In this document: positions 1 to 10,165 of the stretch, in pieces
How the letters are laid out: every line of letters begins with the position of its first letter
Position numbering within the stretch: position 1 is the stretch's first letter
Source of the DNA: a bacterium
GTDB taxonomy: Bacteria; Bacillota; Clostridia; Lachnospirales; Lachnospiraceae
Assembly (NCBI GenBank): GCA_963597235.1
Contig: CAVBPN010000129.1
Span: forward strand, 21,534-85,533
Reading direction: 5' to 3'
Length of the DNA: 64,000 nt
Notes under the pieces: model-generated
What the model was told of the DNA's origin: nothing
What the model saw: only the letters and a program-made list of their open reading frames with translations
The model's database searches: none
Position numbers and translations under genes: made by a program

Positions 1-1902
1 GCTCTCCATGATCTACCCTGCCGGAAACTTCTGTTTCCACATCTGTAAATTCATCACTGTTTGTAATAACTACAGGTGTTGTTACCTCATATCCTTCTTT
101 TTTGATCGCTTCGATATCAAATTCCAGAAGAAGCTGTCCTTTTTTGACCTGCTGGTCTTCTTCTACATGACAGGTAAAATGTTTTCCGTTAAGTTTTACC
201 GTATCCATACCTACATGGATCAGGATCTCAATTCCGTTTTCACTCTCCAGACCGACTGCGTGATGACTTTCAAGAAGTCCGACAATCGTTCCGTCAAATG
301 GTGCATATACTTTTCCTTCTGTTGGAATCACTGCACAGCCTTTTCCCATCGCTTCACTGGAAAATACTTCGTCTTTCACCTCTGAAAGCGGGATCACTTC
401 ACCTGACAGCGGGCTCATAACTGTTTTTACTGTAGCAGTTGCTGTTTCAGCTACTTCCTCTGTACCGGCTTTTACATCTGCTGTCTTTGTATCTGTTACT
501 TCTGCATCACCTTCAAGCTTAGCCTCTTTTGACACCGGATCATCAAATCCGATCACCTGGATCAGAACGATCGCGATCACTGCTGCGATCGCACATCCAA
601 TGATTTCTCCGATAAAGGACATCGGTGCATTTTTACTGATCGCATTTACAACTGTCAGCGGTCCCGGAAGTCCTGCATATGCATAGTAAGCAGAATGGAA
701 AAAGCTCATGACTACCGCACCGACAGCTCCACCTGCACAGCCGCAGATGAATGGTTTTTTCAGTCGAAGTGTAACACCGTAAATGGTAGGCTCAGTGATT
801 CCAAACAGACCGGTGATACCTGCGGAAAGTGCCACACCTTTGAATTCTTTGTTTCTGGATTTGATAAATACTCCAAATGCTGCTGCAACTTGTGCAACTA
901 CTGCGATCGTCTGGAATGCCTGGAAAGTATCGCATCCGTACATATCAAAGTTTGCAAGGACTACCGGAGTGATTCCCCAGTGAACACCAAAGATAACAAC
1001 TACCTGCCAGAAACCTCCGATGATCGCACCTGCCAGTGCCGGAGCAGTACCAGCGAGGAAATTATAACCTTTTGCAATACCGTTTGCTGTGATCGCAGAT
1101 GCCGGTCCAATGATAAGGATTGTTGCCGGAACCATAATCAGGAAACAGATCAATGGTGTCAGCAGTGGTTTCGCTGTATCCGGAAGTTTTTTCTCAATGA
1201 AACGTTCCAGATAGGAAAGAATCCATACAAGGATCAGTGGTGGAAGTACTGTTGATGTATAAGTGGTCTCAGAAAGTTTCATTCCCAGAAGACGGATTGT
1301 TTCTCCGCCTGCGATTCGGGATGCCATCTCTGCCCATGTTGGATTTACAAGTGCACAGCAGCACAAAATTGCAATGTACGTATTACATTTAAAATGCTTT
1401 GAAGCTGTGATCGCAATGAAGATCGGCAGGAATGTAAACGGTGTCCAAGACATGAAACTCAATACTTCATAAGTTCCTGTGTTTGCAAAACCCGGTGCTG
1501 CCATTGTGATCAGGATCAGTGCACCCTGAAGCAGTCCTGCTGCCGCCAGAATATATACAAATGGGGCAAATACCGCAGACATGGTTGCAATGATACGGTT
1601 TACAACGCTCTGTTTCGGCTGTTCTGCCGCTGCTCCATTTTCATCCAGATGAAGGATCTCTGCTGCAGCTGCGTATACATCTCCTACATGTGTTCCGATG
1701 ACTACCTGGAACTGACCGTTGTTTTCTACTACGGTGATAACACCTGGAAGTTCTGCTATCTTTTCTTTTGCGTGCTCCGGTGTTTTCTTTAATACCAGAC
1801 GGAATCTGGTCGCACATCTTGTTGCATTGACAATGTTTTCTGCACCCCCGACTTCACGGATGATGTCATGGGCAAGTTTGTTATAATCTCTTACCTGTGC
1901 CA
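1..1902 (-). pseudogene. PTS sugar transporter EIIBCA (glucose/beta-glucoside superfamily); 3' end lies beyond the window edge; apparent 1-nt frameshift in the EIIB active-site motif
   Basis: Minus-strand ATG at 1902-1900 follows GGAGAGGG. It reads MAQVRDYNKLAHDIIREVGGAENIVNATRCATRF, then hits TAA at 1791-1789. The adjacent frame continues IRLVLKKTPEHAKEKIAELPGVITVVENNGQFQVVIG..., through the EIIC membrane core (GVHWGITPV) and the EIIA-Glc domain (IEILIHVGMDTVKLNG), and stays open to position 2. It is absent from the ORF track because no stop lies in the window. Confidence 0.6.
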
Positions 1903-2117
1903 TTTTTCCCTCTCCTTTTATTAATACCATCCAGAGTATGTATGCGCGCTTTGTAACTCCTGTTTCATATCTGATGGCTATACTATATAAAAAAGAGATT
2001 TACTTTGCAATCCATTGCAGGACTGATGTTTTTGCGTTTCATATTTTCTGTTCTTTTTCTCAAAAATCCTGCAACAGCGTTTCACGTGTCAAAAATGAGA
2101 TAGTGTTTTTGTGCACT

Positions 2118-2987
2118 TTATACAATCGTATCATCCACCAGTCCCCAGAGACGTTTTGCACCGCTCTGTTCATATTTCAGATTCAACTTGAGGCTTTCTT
2201 CATATTTGCGGCTGAATTCCATTTCATATAATATGTCCAGAATGTATTTTCCTGATGCAAAAAACATCGAATTCCAGAACTCCTCAACTTTTTTCTTACC
2301 CGCTGCATAAATAAATTCATCCGCATAAGGAATGATCGTACTGTTTCGTCTTCCTGCAAGGATGATAACTTTTGTTTTATTCTTTCGGAGCATCTTGGCA
2401 ATCTCGATCAGCCTTTCGTTCTCTCCGGTATGGCTGATGAGGATTGCGATATGTCCATTTGGCGGCATGGAAGCCTGCAGACCCTGGATATTTGTCGCAG
2501 AGAGGACATTTGCCACCTTTCCACTGTGATAAAGCAAAGAGCGGCCATATTCTGCCAGATACACATTCATATCATAAGCATAAAAATCCACACAGGAGGC
2601 TTCTGCGATCAGTTTTCCCACCCGGACAAGCTGGCTGTAGGAAATTTCCTTCTTTGTTTCTTCAATCGCCTGTTGCTGGACATGAGTTGCTTTTCTCACG
2701 ATCGTCACAACATTCTCCCGTTCCGATATCGTAACCTCTTCCTGTGACTCTTCCATTTGCCCGTTCTGCAGTTCCCGAACAAACTGAATCTTGAATTCCG
2801 GAAAACCTTTCATTCCAAGTTTCTGGCACAGACGTGTCACCGATGCCGCACTCGTAAACGTCGCATGTCCAAGTTCCCGCGAAGAAATCGACTCCACTTT
2901 CTCCGGATGTTCCAGTATATAATTGCAGATGTCACGCTCACGCTCTGTCATTGTCTGTTGATTTTTCATCCGCTGTATCAAACCCAT
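2118..2987 (-). CDS. MurR/RpiR family transcriptional regulator (HTH_6 + SIS domain)
   Basis: 289-aa ORF. The N-terminus has ERERDICNYILEHPEKVESISSRELGHATFTSAASVTRLCQKLGMKGFPEFK, typical of an RpiR HTH. The C-terminal half is SIS-like (ILISHTGEN). Confidence 0.85.
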   Translation of the reverse strand: MGLIQRMKNQQTMTERERDICNYILEHPEKVESISSRELGHATFTSAASVTRLCQKLGMKGFPEFKIQFVRELQNGQMEESQEEVTISERENVVTIVRKATHVQQQAIEETKKEISYSQLVRVGKLIAEASCVDFYAYDMNVYLAEYGRSLLYHSGKVANVLSATNIQGLQASMPPNGHIAILISHTGENERLIEIAKMLRKNKTKVIILAGRRNSTIIPYADEFIYAAGKKKVEEFWNSMFFASGKYILDILYEMEFSRKYEESLKLNLKYEQSGAKRLWGLVDDTIV

Positions 2988-3166
2988 GCCTGTATCGTCC
3001 CCCTTCTGTTATTTCTATTTGGAGATTGCTTTATATATAGAATACTGGAATTGACCTGTAAAAATCAACTGATAAAATTTTCTGGATGTTTTCTATAAGC
3101 AACATCCGATGAACTGTGCTATTATTATTCTAAGTGCATATTTTATTTCAAGAGAGGATCTCTATT

Positions 3167-3949
3167 ATGAAGCAATATATCGTAGACGCATTCACAGACA
3201 AGCCATTCGCAGGAAATCCTGCCGCCGTCTGTGTCATGGAGAGCTGGCCATCAGAAGAAGCCATGATGAAACTGGCAATGGAAAATAATCTTTCCGAAAC
3301 TGCCTTTATTGTAAAAGAAGAACAGGGATACCATCTTCGCTGGTTCACGCCGGGTACGGAAGTAGAACTTTGCGGACATGCTACGCTGGCATCTTCTTAC
3401 GTCATACTGAATTATTATGAACCGGGCAGCGATGAAGTAACATTCGATACACTGAGTGGCAAACTGACGATTCACCGAAAAGGGAATCTTTACGAGATGG
3501 ATTTCCCGACTTACGAACTGCAGGAAATTCCTGTTACAGATGCGATGGAAAAAGCGTTCGGTGTTCGTCCGATAAAGGCCGTGCTTGGTCTGGATCTCGT
3601 CTGTGTATTTGAATCCGAAGAGATTGTAAGAAACATGAATCCAGATCAGGAACTTCTGAAAGGAATCGAAGGAAGAATCCAGAATGCCACTGCCAGGGGT
3701 AAGGAAACCGACTGTGTCTCACGCAGTTTCTGTCCGAAACTCAGCATCCCGGAAGATCCGGTATGCGGCTCCGCCCACTGCCAGATCGCAGCATACTGGT
3801 CCGAAGAATTAAACAAAAAAGAAATCTATGCCTATCAGGCATCCCGCCGTGGCGGCTACCTGCACTGCACACTCCAGGAACAGAACAGGATCACGATCAG
3901 CGGCGAAGCCACACTGGTCGCAATATCAGAAATAGTGGCATCGTTATGA
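3167..3949 (+). CDS. PhzF family isomerase-like protein
   Basis: MKQYIVDAFTDKPFAGNPAAVCV...LSETAFI...LRWFTP..EVELCGHATLAS are classic PhzF/YddE signatures. I prefer the ATG at 3167 after AGAGAGGA over the upstream GTG at 3134. Confidence 0.85.
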   Translation: MKQYIVDAFTDKPFAGNPAAVCVMESWPSEEAMMKLAMENNLSETAFIVKEEQGYHLRWFTPGTEVELCGHATLASSYVILNYYEPGSDEVTFDTLSGKLTIHRKGNLYEMDFPTYELQEIPVTDAMEKAFGVRPIKAVLGLDLVCVFESEEIVRNMNPDQELLKGIEGRIQNATARGKETDCVSRSFCPKLSIPEDPVCGSAHCQIAAYWSEELNKKEIYAYQASRRGGYLHCTLQEQNRITISGEATLVAISEIVASL

Positions 3950-3969
3950 TGCCACTACGCCAGCCTCTG

Positions 3970-5316
3970 TCATTTTAGTTTCCGATAATAACAGAAAAAC
4001 ATCGGTGCTGTAGTACATACCGCAATCGAATCCGCAATCGGTTCCGCCAAGTACACTCCCATTACCGAACCGGACAAAATCCGGGGAAGAATAAAGATCA
4101 AAGGTATAAGCAAAATAATTTTACGCCATATGGTAAGAAAAATTGCTTTTTTTGCCTGATCCAGTGCTACAAAGCTATACTGACATGCAACCTGTACGCC
4201 ATATATGAAAAGCATTGCCAGATACACCCGCAGACTCTTTTCCGTATAAGCAATCAAATCCACATCATCTGTAAAAACACCTGCAACAACCGCTGGTGCT
4301 GTCATGCACACAAGCCAGATCAAACACGATCCACCGACACAGCATACAAGTAATAATCGAAATGTTTTCTTTACCCGGTGGATATTTTTTGCACCAAGAT
4401 TGTAACTCAGCAATGGCTGCGCTCCCTGCACCAGTCCCGGCAAAAGCAGCATAACAAACTGCATAATACTGTTCAGAATACTCATGGAAGCTACTGCCAT
4501 ATCACCGCCATATTTCTGCAAAGATGTGTTGAAGCTGATCGCAACCATATTTTCTGTCAGCTGCATCAATGCCGGTGATGTACCAAGCAGAACACAGGGC
4601 AGCAAAAGTTTTTTATCAAAATGGATATTTTTTAAGCGAAGCTTTAGTTTGCTTTCAGGTTTTCTAAGATAATGAAGCACAAAGCATGTTGACACGCCCT
4701 GTGAAATAACGGTTGCCAGTGCTGCCCCTTTTACTCCCATGCCTAATCCGTTAATCAGTATCGCATCCAAAACAATATTCGTCACCGCACCGACAGCAAC
4801 ATTGCACATGCTGACCAGTGTTTTTCCCTGTGCGGTAATAAAAGCATTCAGGCCCAATGTAAGTTGTGTAAACAATGTACCAAGACAGTAAATATTCATA
4901 TAATCTGTTGCATAGGTAATTGTATCATCACTTGCACCAAACAGCTGCAAGATCATTTTTCCAAAAGTCAGCATAATTCCCGTTAATGCCACAGACAATA
5001 TGATCAACATCCATGTACAGCATCCCATGACTTTTTCTGCCTGCTCATTGTCATCTTTTCCCATAAAAATGGATGCTTTCGGTGCACCGCCCATACTTAC
5101 AAGAGCTGCAAAAGCTGAAACAGCCAGAATCACAGGTGCTGTTACTCCAACACCAGCCAGAGCCTGCTTTCCCACTCCCGGAATATGTCCAATAAACATT
5201 TTGTCTACCAGGTTATACAAAATATTAATAAGCTGCGCTGCCACTGCCGGAAGTGCAAGTCTCAGGAAAGCCTTTGGTACAGGCATGACTGCCAGCAGAT
5301 CATTATCATCTTTCAT
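3970..5316 (-). CDS. MATE family efflux transporter
   Basis: 448-aa polytopic ORF. The N-terminal LRLALPAVAAQLINILYNLVDKMFIGH matches the MATE pattern. Confidence 0.85.
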   Translation of the reverse strand: MKDDNDLLAVMPVPKAFLRLALPAVAAQLINILYNLVDKMFIGHIPGVGKQALAGVGVTAPVILAVSAFAALVSMGGAPKASIFMGKDDNEQAEKVMGCCTWMLIILSVALTGIMLTFGKMILQLFGASDDTITYATDYMNIYCLGTLFTQLTLGLNAFITAQGKTLVSMCNVAVGAVTNIVLDAILINGLGMGVKGAALATVISQGVSTCFVLHYLRKPESKLKLRLKNIHFDKKLLLPCVLLGTSPALMQLTENMVAISFNTSLQKYGGDMAVASMSILNSIMQFVMLLLPGLVQGAQPLLSYNLGAKNIHRVKKTFRLLLVCCVGGSCLIWLVCMTAPAVVAGVFTDDVDLIAYTEKSLRVYLAMLFIYGVQVACQYSFVALDQAKKAIFLTIWRKIILLIPLIFILPRILSGSVMGVYLAEPIADSIAVCTTAPMFFCYYRKLK

Positions 5317-5358
5317 TTTCTGCTCCCACTACTGTGTATTTAAACATAACCTCGCTCC

Positions 5359-5742
5359 TTATCTGTGATGATCACATTTCTGACACTGTACCATTTCGTT
5401 TGTGCCATCTTCTTTGTAAAAAACATCTGACCACTGGCATATACTCTGTAAAATAGGGACAACGGAATTTCCCTTCTGTGTCAGTGAATACTCGACACGA
5501 GGTGGAATTTCATCATAAGATTTCCTTTCTATGATTCCATCTTCGATCAGGTCTTTTAACGTTGCTGCCAGTACAGCGTCCGTGATATTGTACATTTCTC
5601 TGCGGAGTTCACTATAACGCAGTCTTTCATTGGCAGCCAGCACACATATAATGCGCGATTTCCATTTACCGCCAAAGATTGCCAGTCCATATTCCAGAGG
5701 ACAGCGTATATCATCCTCTAATTTTTTCTTATATTTCGCCAT
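5359..5742 (-). CDS. HxlR family transcriptional regulator
   Basis: CPLEYGLAIFGGKWKSRIICVL...LRYSELRREM..ITDAVLAATLKDLIEDGIIERKSYDEIPPRVEYSLTQKG is the HxlR winged-helix signature. Confidence 0.9.
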   Translation of the reverse strand: MAKYKKKLEDDIRCPLEYGLAIFGGKWKSRIICVLAANERLRYSELRREMYNITDAVLAATLKDLIEDGIIERKSYDEIPPRVEYSLTQKGNSVVPILQSICQWSDVFYKEDGTNEMVQCQKCDHHR

Positions 5743-5774
5743 AAAAAATCACCTTCAAGCTATTTATTGGTTTT

Positions 5775-5803
5775 ATTATAGCCTGAAGGTGCTCTCTTTT
5801 GAA
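5775..5803 (-). promoter_or_regulatory. Candidate sigma-A promoter for the HxlR gene, embedded in a hairpin
   Basis: On the minus strand: TTCAAA (5803-5798), a 17-nt spacer, then TATAAT (5780-5775). The -10 box sits in the loop of the 5750-5791 hairpin, whose 3' arm carries the GAAGGTGA Shine-Dalgarno of the HxlR gene. Confidence 0.4.
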
Positions 5804-5834
5804 GTTACTATGAAATTTATTAGTGACCCGAATT

Positions 5835-6233
5835 TTAGATTTCTTTCTTATTTTCAGCACCCGGTGTTGTAACAATCACTTTTGCAGGTGTAATAACAAG
5901 TGCTCCCTTTGCGGTTGTCGCTCCATTAAACATCTTCTCTACCATAGCTTTAAAGGTGTCTACAATTGCTCCTTCTGTTACATATTCAGCAGTCCCTTTA
6001 ATCTGATATCCCTCAAGACTCTGTGCATCATATGCAGAAATCGCAATCTTTCCACCGTTTGCTTTGATGTTATTTAAAGTTGTCTCAAGGAAAACATCTC
6101 CTACAACCAGTTTTCCATCGTCAGTGACATCTTTAAAAGCTACCGGCACTACATTTGGTTCCCCATTCGCACATGTGGCAAGATCCCACATACCATTCTT
6201 TAATACTTTAATCACAGATTCATTTAACATCAA
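5835..6233 (-). CDS. Pyridoxamine 5'-phosphate oxidase family (FMN-binding split-barrel) protein
   Basis: 132 aa. WDLATCANGEPNVVPVAFKDV..DGKLVVGDVF resembles small PNPOx-like flavoproteins, and pairing with HxlR is typical. Confidence 0.6.
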   Translation of the reverse strand: MMLNESVIKVLKNGMWDLATCANGEPNVVPVAFKDVTDDGKLVVGDVFLETTLNNIKANGGKIAISAYDAQSLEGYQIKGTAEYVTEGAIVDTFKAMVEKMFNGATTAKGALVITPAKVIVTTPGAENKKEI

Positions 6234-6378
6234 CTATACCTCCAGATTTCTTTCTATAATAATTACCTGATGTATTCATGTTAGCGAATCTGCTTTTGAT
6301 TTGGAAGATATTAGCAAATTTATAAGTTGCTATTAAATTTCATAGTTTTACTTTGTCAGCTGTTACACTCTATCCCTG

Positions 6379-6588
6379 TTAATCCTCCCTCTCTCCCGGT
6401 ACAGCTTCTTTTCCGAACATTGCCAGTGCCTGGTTTACTTTGTCCAGACGCACAGTCTCTTTTCCCTGCTCCAGTTCTCTCACAAATCTGAGTCCCAGAC
6501 CGGAACGCATCGCAAACTCTTCCTGTGTCAGACCTGCCTTTTTTCTTTCTTCTTTTATATACTTTCCAATTCTGTTCATATTAATCAT
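6379..6588 (-). CDS. XRE family helix-turn-helix transcriptional regulator
   Basis: IGKYIKEERKKAGLTQEEFAMRSGLGLRFVRELEQGKETVRLDKVNQALAMFG is a Cro/C1-type HTH. I prefer the ATG at 6588 over the TTG at 6615, which lies inside a repeat. Confidence 0.8.
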   Translation of the reverse strand: MINMNRIGKYIKEERKKAGLTQEEFAMRSGLGLRFVRELEQGKETVRLDKVNQALAMFGKEAVPGERED

Positions 6589-6590
6589 AA

Positions 6591-6689
6591 TAATCCCGAA
6601 CGGGTATAAATTCAAGTCTTAATAGGAAAATAATCCCGAACGGGTATAATTTTATGTATTTCTTATAAACTATCCCCGTTCGGGTATAA
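6591..6689. promoter_or_regulatory. Three phased operator-like repeats (19 bp, 40-bp register)
   Basis: TAATCCCGAACGGGTATAA occurs at 6591-6609 and 6631-6649. TATCCCCGTTCGGGTATAA occurs at 6671-6689, with the core flipped. Copy 1 ends 3 nt from the XRE start codon. Confidence 0.6.
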
Positions 6690-6700
6690 TACAATGTTAT

Positions 6701-7288
6701 TTACTTCACACACTCTATGATTATTTCTTCGCACTTATCATATCCAAGCTGCGAACTGTTCAGGCACAGTGTATAATTACTGGCTTTTCCCCATCTCTGG
6801 TCTGTATAAAAGTTGTAATTTGTCATACGTCTTTTATCTGTGTCTGTCATCATCTTTACAGCATCCTGCTCACTGATATTATACAGCTGGCAGATTCTCT
6901 CTGTTTTTTCCGGCATATTTCCATGTATAAAAACATTCAGCACATCATCCCGGTCTTTCAAAATGAAATCTGCATTTCTTCCAATGACCACACATGGCTC
7001 TTTCTCTGCCAGTTCCAAAATAACTTTTCTCTGCGCCTCATATACCATATCTTCTACAGATTTTCCGGTAATATCACGTCCGGCAAGTGCATATGCCAAA
7101 ATCCCCTTTTTCGGGGACAGCTCTGCACTTTCCTGAATATAATCTGGTGACAGACCGGACTCTTCTGCAATCTGATTGATGATATTTTTATCATAATAGG
7201 CAATCCCTAATTTCTTTGCTACCTCCTCACCAATAAAACGTCCACCGCTCCCGAATTCCCTGCTGATCGTAATGATTCTTTTTGCCAT
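6701..7288 (-). CDS. Cytidylate kinase-like family protein (AAA/Cytidylate_kin2)
   Basis: ITISREFGSGGRFIGEEVAKKLGIAYYDKNII and the overall 195-aa architecture fit this family. Confidence 0.75.
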   Translation of the reverse strand: MAKRIITISREFGSGGRFIGEEVAKKLGIAYYDKNIINQIAEESGLSPDYIQESAELSPKKGILAYALAGRDITGKSVEDMVYEAQRKVILELAEKEPCVVIGRNADFILKDRDDVLNVFIHGNMPEKTERICQLYNISEQDAVKMMTDTDKRRMTNYNFYTDQRWGKASNYTLCLNSSQLGYDKCEEIIIECVK

Positions 7289-7300
7289 CTCTCTTCCTCC

Positions 7301-8668
7301 TTACTTGAGAACGCTCACTTTATTTTTTCTGATTCTCTTTAAGAATACATACCCTGCCAGGCATGAAATCGCCTCTGTGATCGGAAATGCCCACCAGATC
7401 AATACAACGCCCACCTGACCGTTTCTGACAAATATAGAAAAAATTCCTGCCAGCGGTAAGATAATTACAAACTGTCTCAAAAGAGAAATAACCAGGGATT
7501 CTATGCCGCCATCCAGAGCCTGGTAAATTCCCTGATAGGCAATATTGATTCCCGCAAACAAAAAACTTAAAGAAATCACTCTCATTGCACTGATAAAATA
7601 CTCTTTCGACTGTCCTGCGTTAAACAGTGTGGTAAATGAAGCAGGGAAAATCTCTGTGATCGCAATGCCCAGAATCATTAATGCAATCGTATAAATAAGT
7701 CCATATTTGATTCCATCCTGGATTCTTTTTTTGCTTCGCATTCCATAAGCGAACGCAATGATCGGGGTGATCGCATCTCGGAGTCCAAACGCAAGGAACA
7801 GAACAAACTGCTGTACCTTATAAAACAGACCATAGGCTGTCTGTGCTGACGGATTAAATTTCAGGATCAGATTCATCACATATACCATAATAGACATCAG
7901 TGCCTGTGCAATGATCGCCGGAAGTCCGATCGCATAGATTTCTTTTATAATACCCGTATCCGGCTTCATGTATTTCATTCCATGTTCAAATTCCCTGTTC
8001 AGTTTCATATGGAAAATAAACAGTAACCCAGCGGATGCCACCTGACCGATTACGGTTGCATAAGCCGCACCTTTTACACCCATTTCCGGAACCGGTCCAA
8101 TGCCATAGATCATGATTGGATCAAGAATGATATTTACAACAGCTCCGACCACCTGACCGATTGTCGAATAAAGAGAACGTCCTGTTGCCTGAAGTAGTTT
8201 TTCAAATAAAGAAAAGAAGATGATTCCAAAAGAAATCACACAGCATATCCTCAGATAGCTGACTCCCATTTCAAGTACTTCTGCATCTACTGTCTGAGAT
8301 GAAATGTACGCTTTCACTCCAAAGATACCAAACAGTAAACAGACTGCATAAATGATCACTCCCAGAAACAGACTGTTTCCTGCTACCTTTGCTGCTTTCT
8401 TACTGTTTCCCTGTCCCAGTGTCCTTGCAAGAAGCGCATTGGTTCCTACACCAGTTCCGATTCCTACCGCAACCATAAGCATCTGAACCGGAAATACCAG
8501 CGTCAGCGCATTCAATGCCGCTTCACTGCCCACTCTCATATTTCCTACAAATGCACTGTCTACAATGTTATAAACCGCCTGCAATGCCATAGATAAGATC
8601 ATTGGAATCCCCATCTGGATCATCAGCTTATTCACTGGCATATCTTTCATCTTGTTACTCTCTGCCAT
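7301..8668 (-). CDS. MATE family efflux transporter
   Basis: Polytopic ORF. The start is set at the ATG at 8668 after AAGGAGGAG, giving [42 protein letters not shown]. Confidence 0.85.
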   Translation of the reverse strand: MAESNKMKDMPVNKLMIQMGIPMILSMALQAVYNIVDSAFVGNMRVGSEAALNALTLVFPVQMLMVAVGIGTGVGTNALLARTLGQGNSKKAAKVAGNSLFLGVIIYAVCLLFGIFGVKAYISSQTVDAEVLEMGVSYLRICCVISFGIIFFSLFEKLLQATGRSLYSTIGQVVGAVVNIILDPIMIYGIGPVPEMGVKGAAYATVIGQVASAGLLFIFHMKLNREFEHGMKYMKPDTGIIKEIYAIGLPAIIAQALMSIMVYVMNLILKFNPSAQTAYGLFYKVQQFVLFLAFGLRDAITPIIAFAYGMRSKKRIQDGIKYGLIYTIALMILGIAITEIFPASFTTLFNAGQSKEYFISAMRVISLSFLFAGINIAYQGIYQALDGGIESLVISLLRQFVIILPLAGIFSIFVRNGQVGVVLIWWAFPITEAISCLAGYVFLKRIRKNKVSVLK

Positions 8669-8771
8669 TTTGCTTTCACTCCTCCTTTTCTGCACAAAAA
8701 AATAGAGCTCTGTCATATAAGCTGGACTTACGCTGGCAGGCTACACACTTTTTCATGGCAAATATTATATT

Positions 8772-8830
8772 TTAACAAAAGAAAAACGAGTAGCAGATAA
8801 ACTGGATTTACGCTTACTTGCTACTCGTTT
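8772..8830 (-). terminator. Intrinsic terminator after the 8889-9158 gene
   Basis: 11-bp stem AACGAGTAGCA (8785-8795) / TGCTACTCGTT (8819-8829), followed on the minus strand by TTTTTCTTTTGTT. Confidence 0.6.
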
Positions 8831-8888
8831 GCAATTATTATATTTCCTGTTTTTCAAAAAGTCAAACAGATTTTTTTCTGAATTTTTC

Positions 8889-9158
8889 TTACGCTTCCTG
8901 CCTGCTTTTGTTGATATAATTAATGATTGTTTCACAAACTTCCTCTTTCGGTTTTCCAAGAGCTGCTCCAAGTTCCATGTATAACAGGTTTTCTGTATCT
9001 TCATCTCCAATATAGTTAGCAATATTCAAAGTACTCTCAATCGTACTCTGATCCGTTTTAGTCTCCTGCGCGGCACTTACATTTCCAGCTCCATAGACTG
9101 TAGTTCCCATGAGCATTGTTACTGCTGATATTACTGCGGTTATCTGTTTTCTTTTCAT
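8889..9158 (-). CDS. Small secreted hypothetical protein (signal peptide)
   Basis: 89 aa. MKRKQITAVISAVTMLMGTTVYGAGNVSAAQE looks like a Sec signal. I recognise no family. Confidence 0.5.
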   Translation of the reverse strand: MKRKQITAVISAVTMLMGTTVYGAGNVSAAQETKTDQSTIESTLNIANYIGDEDTENLLYMELGAALGKPKEEVCETIINYINKSRQEA

Positions 9159-9208
9159 ATATTAATGTCCTTTCTCGAATATTACGATCGTCACTTTTCT
9201 GTTATTAT

Positions 9209-10096
9209 TTATTTCAATTTCTTCTTCAGCTCCTGGATCAGTTCAAAATAATCCCTGTGTTTCATCTCAGGGAAAGCCTTAAGAATTCGTCCCAGACCAA
9301 ATGCTGTATGGCTTGTAATGGAACTCGATATTTCATCAAACTGAGCCTGAAGCTCCGCTTTCTTTATACGGAGCATTTCAATAGATTTTTCTTTCTGAGC
9401 AACTGTTGCATCTCGCAGCTCTGCCGTTGCAAGTGCTGCCTGTACTTTTCCCTCACCGACTTTCTCAGCCGCATCGATTGTGGTCGTTGCCAGAGTACTG
9501 CTGAGTTTGTCGCTTACCATTCTCAGGTTTGAACTGACACTATCAAGTTTGGTAAGCTTTCTGTTCAGTCCGCGGAGCACAGCTACAGTCACAACAAAAT
9601 CCACGAAATATACGACATATAAAACAGCTATCACAATACATTCCCATGTTGCAGGTGCATGTGATGTCTGATTTTCCACATACTTCTGAAAAATATTTAC
9701 AACCAGTACTATTGCAATTCCCCACATTAAAGAAAATTCCAGACAGATATATCCCCGAAAATTAAACGGTTTTTTTGAATAATCCCACCATCTCGCATGA
9801 AAACACACGTCCAGCAGCCATCCTGCGATCAGTTCTACCAACGTAGCCAAAACAAATCCAAAAACAAAGATCATCACTCCGCCAACCTGGTGACCTCCAC
9901 TCTGAATCGTATTAAACAGGGCAAAAACGGACAATACACCAAAACCATATATCGGGCAGACCGGTCCCTGTAAGAATCCTCGGTTTATAACCTTTCCAAG
10001 TGTTACTGCCTGAAAAATAACTTCAACGATCCATCCACCAAAAGAATAGATTAAAAAATACAGGCATATCTGAAAATAAGTCATTCCACAGATCAT
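9209..10096 (-). CDS. Membrane protein, putative ABC-transporter type IV-like (DUF1113-like) with a C-terminal coiled coil
   Basis: YSFGGWIVEVIF...NRGFLQGPVCPIYGFGV matches my recollection of the PF06541 family. The C-terminal ~110 aa are helical and charged. Confidence 0.6.
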   Translation of the reverse strand: MICGMTYFQICLYFLIYSFGGWIVEVIFQAVTLGKVINRGFLQGPVCPIYGFGVLSVFALFNTIQSGGHQVGGVMIFVFGFVLATLVELIAGWLLDVCFHARWWDYSKKPFNFRGYICLEFSLMWGIAIVLVVNIFQKYVENQTSHAPATWECIVIAVLYVVYFVDFVVTVAVLRGLNRKLTKLDSVSSNLRMVSDKLSSTLATTTIDAAEKVGEGKVQAALATAELRDATVAQKEKSIEMLRIKKAELQAQFDEISSSITSHTAFGLGRILKAFPEMKHRDYFELIQELKKKLK

Positions 10097-10165
10097 AAAT
10101 TACTGTCTCCTCTTCTATCTTGATATAAATAAAGTTATTATATCAGATAAACAAAGTGAGGTACA

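Noticed and set aside
8-1472. Plus-strand ORFs 8-385, 695-1255, 783-983 and 1263-1472
   Set aside because: All of them lie opposite the long minus-strand PTS EIIBCA reading frame, whose translation carries clear EIIB/EIIC/EIIA signatures.
1903-2117. BglG/LicT-type RAT antiterminator upstream of the PTS gene
   Set aside because: I looked for the RAT consensus (GGATTGTTACTG...GCAGGCAAAACC) and an overlapping terminator and found no convincing match. The adjacent regulator is RpiR-type. Only a weak TGCAAT-CC-ATTGCA dyad (2006-2019) is present.
8765-9022. 85-aa Lys-rich minus-strand ORF
   Set aside because: It overlaps the 3' part of the signal-peptide ORF 8889-9158 in another frame and runs through the terminator hairpin. 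No RBS is present.
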